Source: an uncultured Thermoplasmata archaeon (lineage in GTDB: Archaea > Thermoplasmatota > Thermoplasmata > UBA10834). Taken from it: a DNA stretch of 64,000 bases. The stretch lies in contig CAVRDX010000001.1 in NCBI GenBank assembly GCA_963719945.1, positions 1 through 64,000 on the forward strand. The letters are read 5' to 3'. The notes under the pieces were generated by a model, which made no database searches, had not been told where the DNA came from, and saw only the letters and a list, made by a program, of their open reading frames with translations. The position numbers and the translations under genes were made by a program. Shown in pieces: positions 61,601 through 64,000 of this stretch; the stretch's first letter is position 1; the number at the start of each line of letters is the position of its first letter.

Positions 61601-62003
61601 TGTCGAAGAGGCTTCTCGCCCGTTCATAGCGGGTGCCCTTCATACGGTTCGGGCCGTCGTTCGAACCCGTGCAGGTTGTATGCTATCTGCCGCGATACAA
61701 TTTGATGCGCCAGTATTGCGCTATGATGCCCTTGGATGACAATCATACAAATGACAATATTCAAAAGGATTTTATAGCGCCCCGAGCTTTAACTCCTTAG
61801 TCCTTCTCTAAGAGGGCACGGGGGAGTAGTGCGGTCGGATGCGGTCACCAGTCGCGCAGAGCCTTAGACCTGCTGATTACGGTACATGGTCAATTTCGAT
61901 TAGTGCGACTTCTCTATAAAACTCAAGTTGAATGATGGAATATATAGAATTTCGAATAGATTCGCACGATGATTTGGAATCTGATGTACGAATGGGGGAA
62001 TCA

Positions 62004-64000
62004 ATGATGGATAGTATTGGCAAGAATAGGAGCATATTCAGGGCAAGAGCGACCAAGACTCTTCTCGCAGTTGTCCTGGCGATATTGATGATCGGTATCC
62101 CGTCCTTCCTTACAGGCGGAGATGCCGTAAAGATTGTTGACGAGGCGAGCGCAGCTGACCGCGACAGAGGCCAATTTGTGGTGGGCCTGAGCGGTGAGCT
62201 GACGATATCAACTCTGAATCCGAATACATACACATGGATGGCCGAAGCCATGGTGATCTGGAGTTTGTACAGCTCGCTTCTTCAAAGAGATGTGGACAAT
62301 ACCATCATCGGGGATCTTGCTTACGAATGGAGTTCTACCCCTGATGGATTGACATGGAATTTCAAAATATGGGATAACATCTACTTCTGTGATCCAGCTG
62401 ATCCAGACCCCACTGACCCTGTCGTGAAGGAGTCAAGACACCTCACGATAGACGATGTGATATGGTCCTTGTGGATGTATCAGGACAACGACCTTAGCCG
62501 ATTGCACGGAAGCATGGGCGATGCGGTTGGTTCGATGGAAAAGATAAACGATTATGAGATGAACCTCACACTGTGCAAGCCATATGCACCGTACATCGAT
62601 ATATTCACGATGCCGATCCTGCCGAAGTACATATGGGAGGATGTCAACCCCCAGAGTTTCGACAATATGCCCCCGGTGGGCTCTGGTCCATGGTACTACG
62701 CCACTGACGGTCTGCCGACCACCAACACGGTTGAGCTCCGAAGAAATCCGAACTGGTATATGGAAGAGAACTGTGGATGGCAGATGCATGCAGAGCAGAT
62801 ATTCATAGTGGGTGAACTCGAAGCGAGCACTGCATGGCAGGATGTCAAGGCCGGTACGATCGATGTCATGCTCGGTGTCTCCCCATCAGTCTACGTGTCC
62901 GAGGCGGAATCCACACCATATGTTCTTGGATTCGCACAGAGCCAGGGATTCGTTTACGAGTTCAACCTCAACCAAATGACAGATGAACTCAGGGCACAGC
63001 TCGGCGGCACTGTCAAGAGCGGAACGAACAGCCAGCTGCTACTGATAGACGAAGTCAAACTGGCGATTGCGATGTGCGTCGACAAACCCACCTTCATACA
63101 TGAAGTGCTGGAGGAGCTTGGAAGCGTTGCCACATCTCTAGTCCCTGATGTGAATCCTTGGTACTATGAGTATGGTAGCGTAGAGGGTGAGAGTCAGATT
63201 CCATTCGACCCTGCTGCTGCTCGTGATATCTTAAACGATGCAGGTTGGAAGTATGATGCGCTGGGGAAGGACGCGACTGATACCACTTGTCCGTTGTACA
63301 GAGAGTTGCCGACCGGTGGATACGGCGATCCACTCGAATTCAGATTCTACAGTCTGAACTCTGCCACAGAGTGGGAAGAGGGCGCCAGAATGATTGTGAA
63401 CTGGACAAGGGATGCTGGTATCAAGCTCAACCTGGAGCTTGTTAGTGGGACCACATTGACCAATTACTGGTACGCAGCCGATTACGACATATGGCTATGG
63501 GACTGGATATTCGGTCCATTGAATGATCCATGTACCGGTGTGTTGTCTGTCTTGACGACCGATGCTATCGGTATAGACAGCGACGTGTACTGGTCGAACG
63601 CGACCTTCGATGCAATGTACAATGAGAGCATCATCACCATGGATCCTGCAATCAGACGTGAGATTGTAGACGACATGCAGAGGATGGCATACGAGAACAT
63701 GGGTTGCCAATGCATTGCCTTCAGGAAGGATCTGTACGCAGCTAGCACTAGATACTGGTCGAACTACGGTGACTGGAACAACACCTACATGCTGCTTCCG
63801 GACGTCACATTCCAGTACCTCGGAATGAGGATACAGCCGACTGACAATGAGGCTCCTCAGTTCGACGGATACACAGCTACCCTGACTGGTAACATGAATA
63901 CAGCGATCACTGGGTTCAGCGCCACCGTCTCCGATGATGATGCTACGACCCCACTCAGAATGAAATGGTTCTGGGGTGATGGCAGTTCACCATCTGATGT
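62004..64000 (+). CDS. Peptide ABC substrate-binding protein (family 5) with a C-terminal PKD-like domain, running off the window
   Basis: Not in the ORF track (no stop in window). MMDSIGKNR...signal; TLNP, GDLAYEW, PVGSGPW, LNDAGW; ends in frame with KWFWGDGS. Confidence 0.88.
   Translation, partial: MMDSIGKNRSIFRARATKTLLAVVLAILMIGIPSFLTGGDAVKIVDEASAADRDRGQFVVGLSGELTISTLNPNTYTWMAEAMVIWSLYSSLLQRDVDNTIIGDLAYEWSSTPDGLTWNFKIWDNIYFCDPADPDPTDPVVKESRHLTIDDVIWSLWMYQDNDLSRLHGSMGDAVGSMEKINDYEMNLTLCKPYAPYIDIFTMPILPKYIWEDVNPQSFDNMPPVGSGPWYYATDGLPTTNTVELRRNPNWYMEENCGWQMHAEQIFIVGELEASTAWQDVKAGTIDVMLGVSPSVYVSEAESTPYVLGFAQSQGFVYEFNLNQMTDELRAQLGGTVKSGTNSQLLLIDEVKLAIAMCVDKPTFIHEVLEELGSVATSLVPDVNPWYYEYGSVEGESQIPFDPAAARDILNDAGWKYDALGKDATDTTCPLYRELPTGGYGDPLEFRFYSLNSATEWEEGARMIVNWTRDAGIKLNLELVSGTTLTNYWYAADYDIWLWDWIFGPLNDPCTGVLSVLTTDAIGIDSDVYWSNATFDAMYNESIITMDPAIRREIVDDMQRMAYENMGCQCIAFRKDLYAASTRYWSNYGDWNNTYMLLPDVTFQYLGMRIQPTDNEAPQFDGYTATLTGNMNTAITGFSATVSDDDATTPLRMKWFWGDGSSPSD

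Noticed and set aside
61620-61675. GGTTCG...TTCGAACCCG resembling a tRNA T-arm
   Set aside because: No acceptor, D or anticodon arms can be built. It is a simple hairpin after oppC, possibly a terminator.

Overview
Archaeal chromosome segment, about 55-60% GC by eye. The 16S rRNA, gene content and stand-alone rRNA gene fit Thermoplasmatota. It holds the rpl3-to-rpl18 ribosomal protein superoperon (minus strand, 1-10.8 kb), the exosome/proteasome superoperon (pop5, psmA, SBDS, rrp4/41/42, rpl37ae, rpoP, pcc1, pfdB), two head-to-head ftsZ paralogs, tldD/pmbA, a PAS/GAF histidine kinase, pyrG and a group 3b [NiFe]-hydrogenase operon. Further right are a Kelch surface protein, an unlinked 16S rRNA gene, an intron-containing tRNA-Ser(GCT) and a PKD-rich peptide ABC transport locus. 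The most striking element is a 1053-bp TnpB-only mobile element (22251-23303) with 24-bp terminal inverted repeats and a perfect 9-bp target-site duplication. These are DDE-type ends rather than IS200/IS605/IS607 ends. Its predicted guide is the duplicated target plus the psmA promoter, and the empty site carries a TTTC PAM-like motif. Other highlights are a switch-like structured leader of the ribosomal protein operon, a short histone-fold gene, a RING-like zinc-ribbon protein and shared upstream motifs at peptide-utilisation genes. Several essential genes carry single-base frameshifts that are most likely assembly errors. All calls were made by eye; no searches were run.
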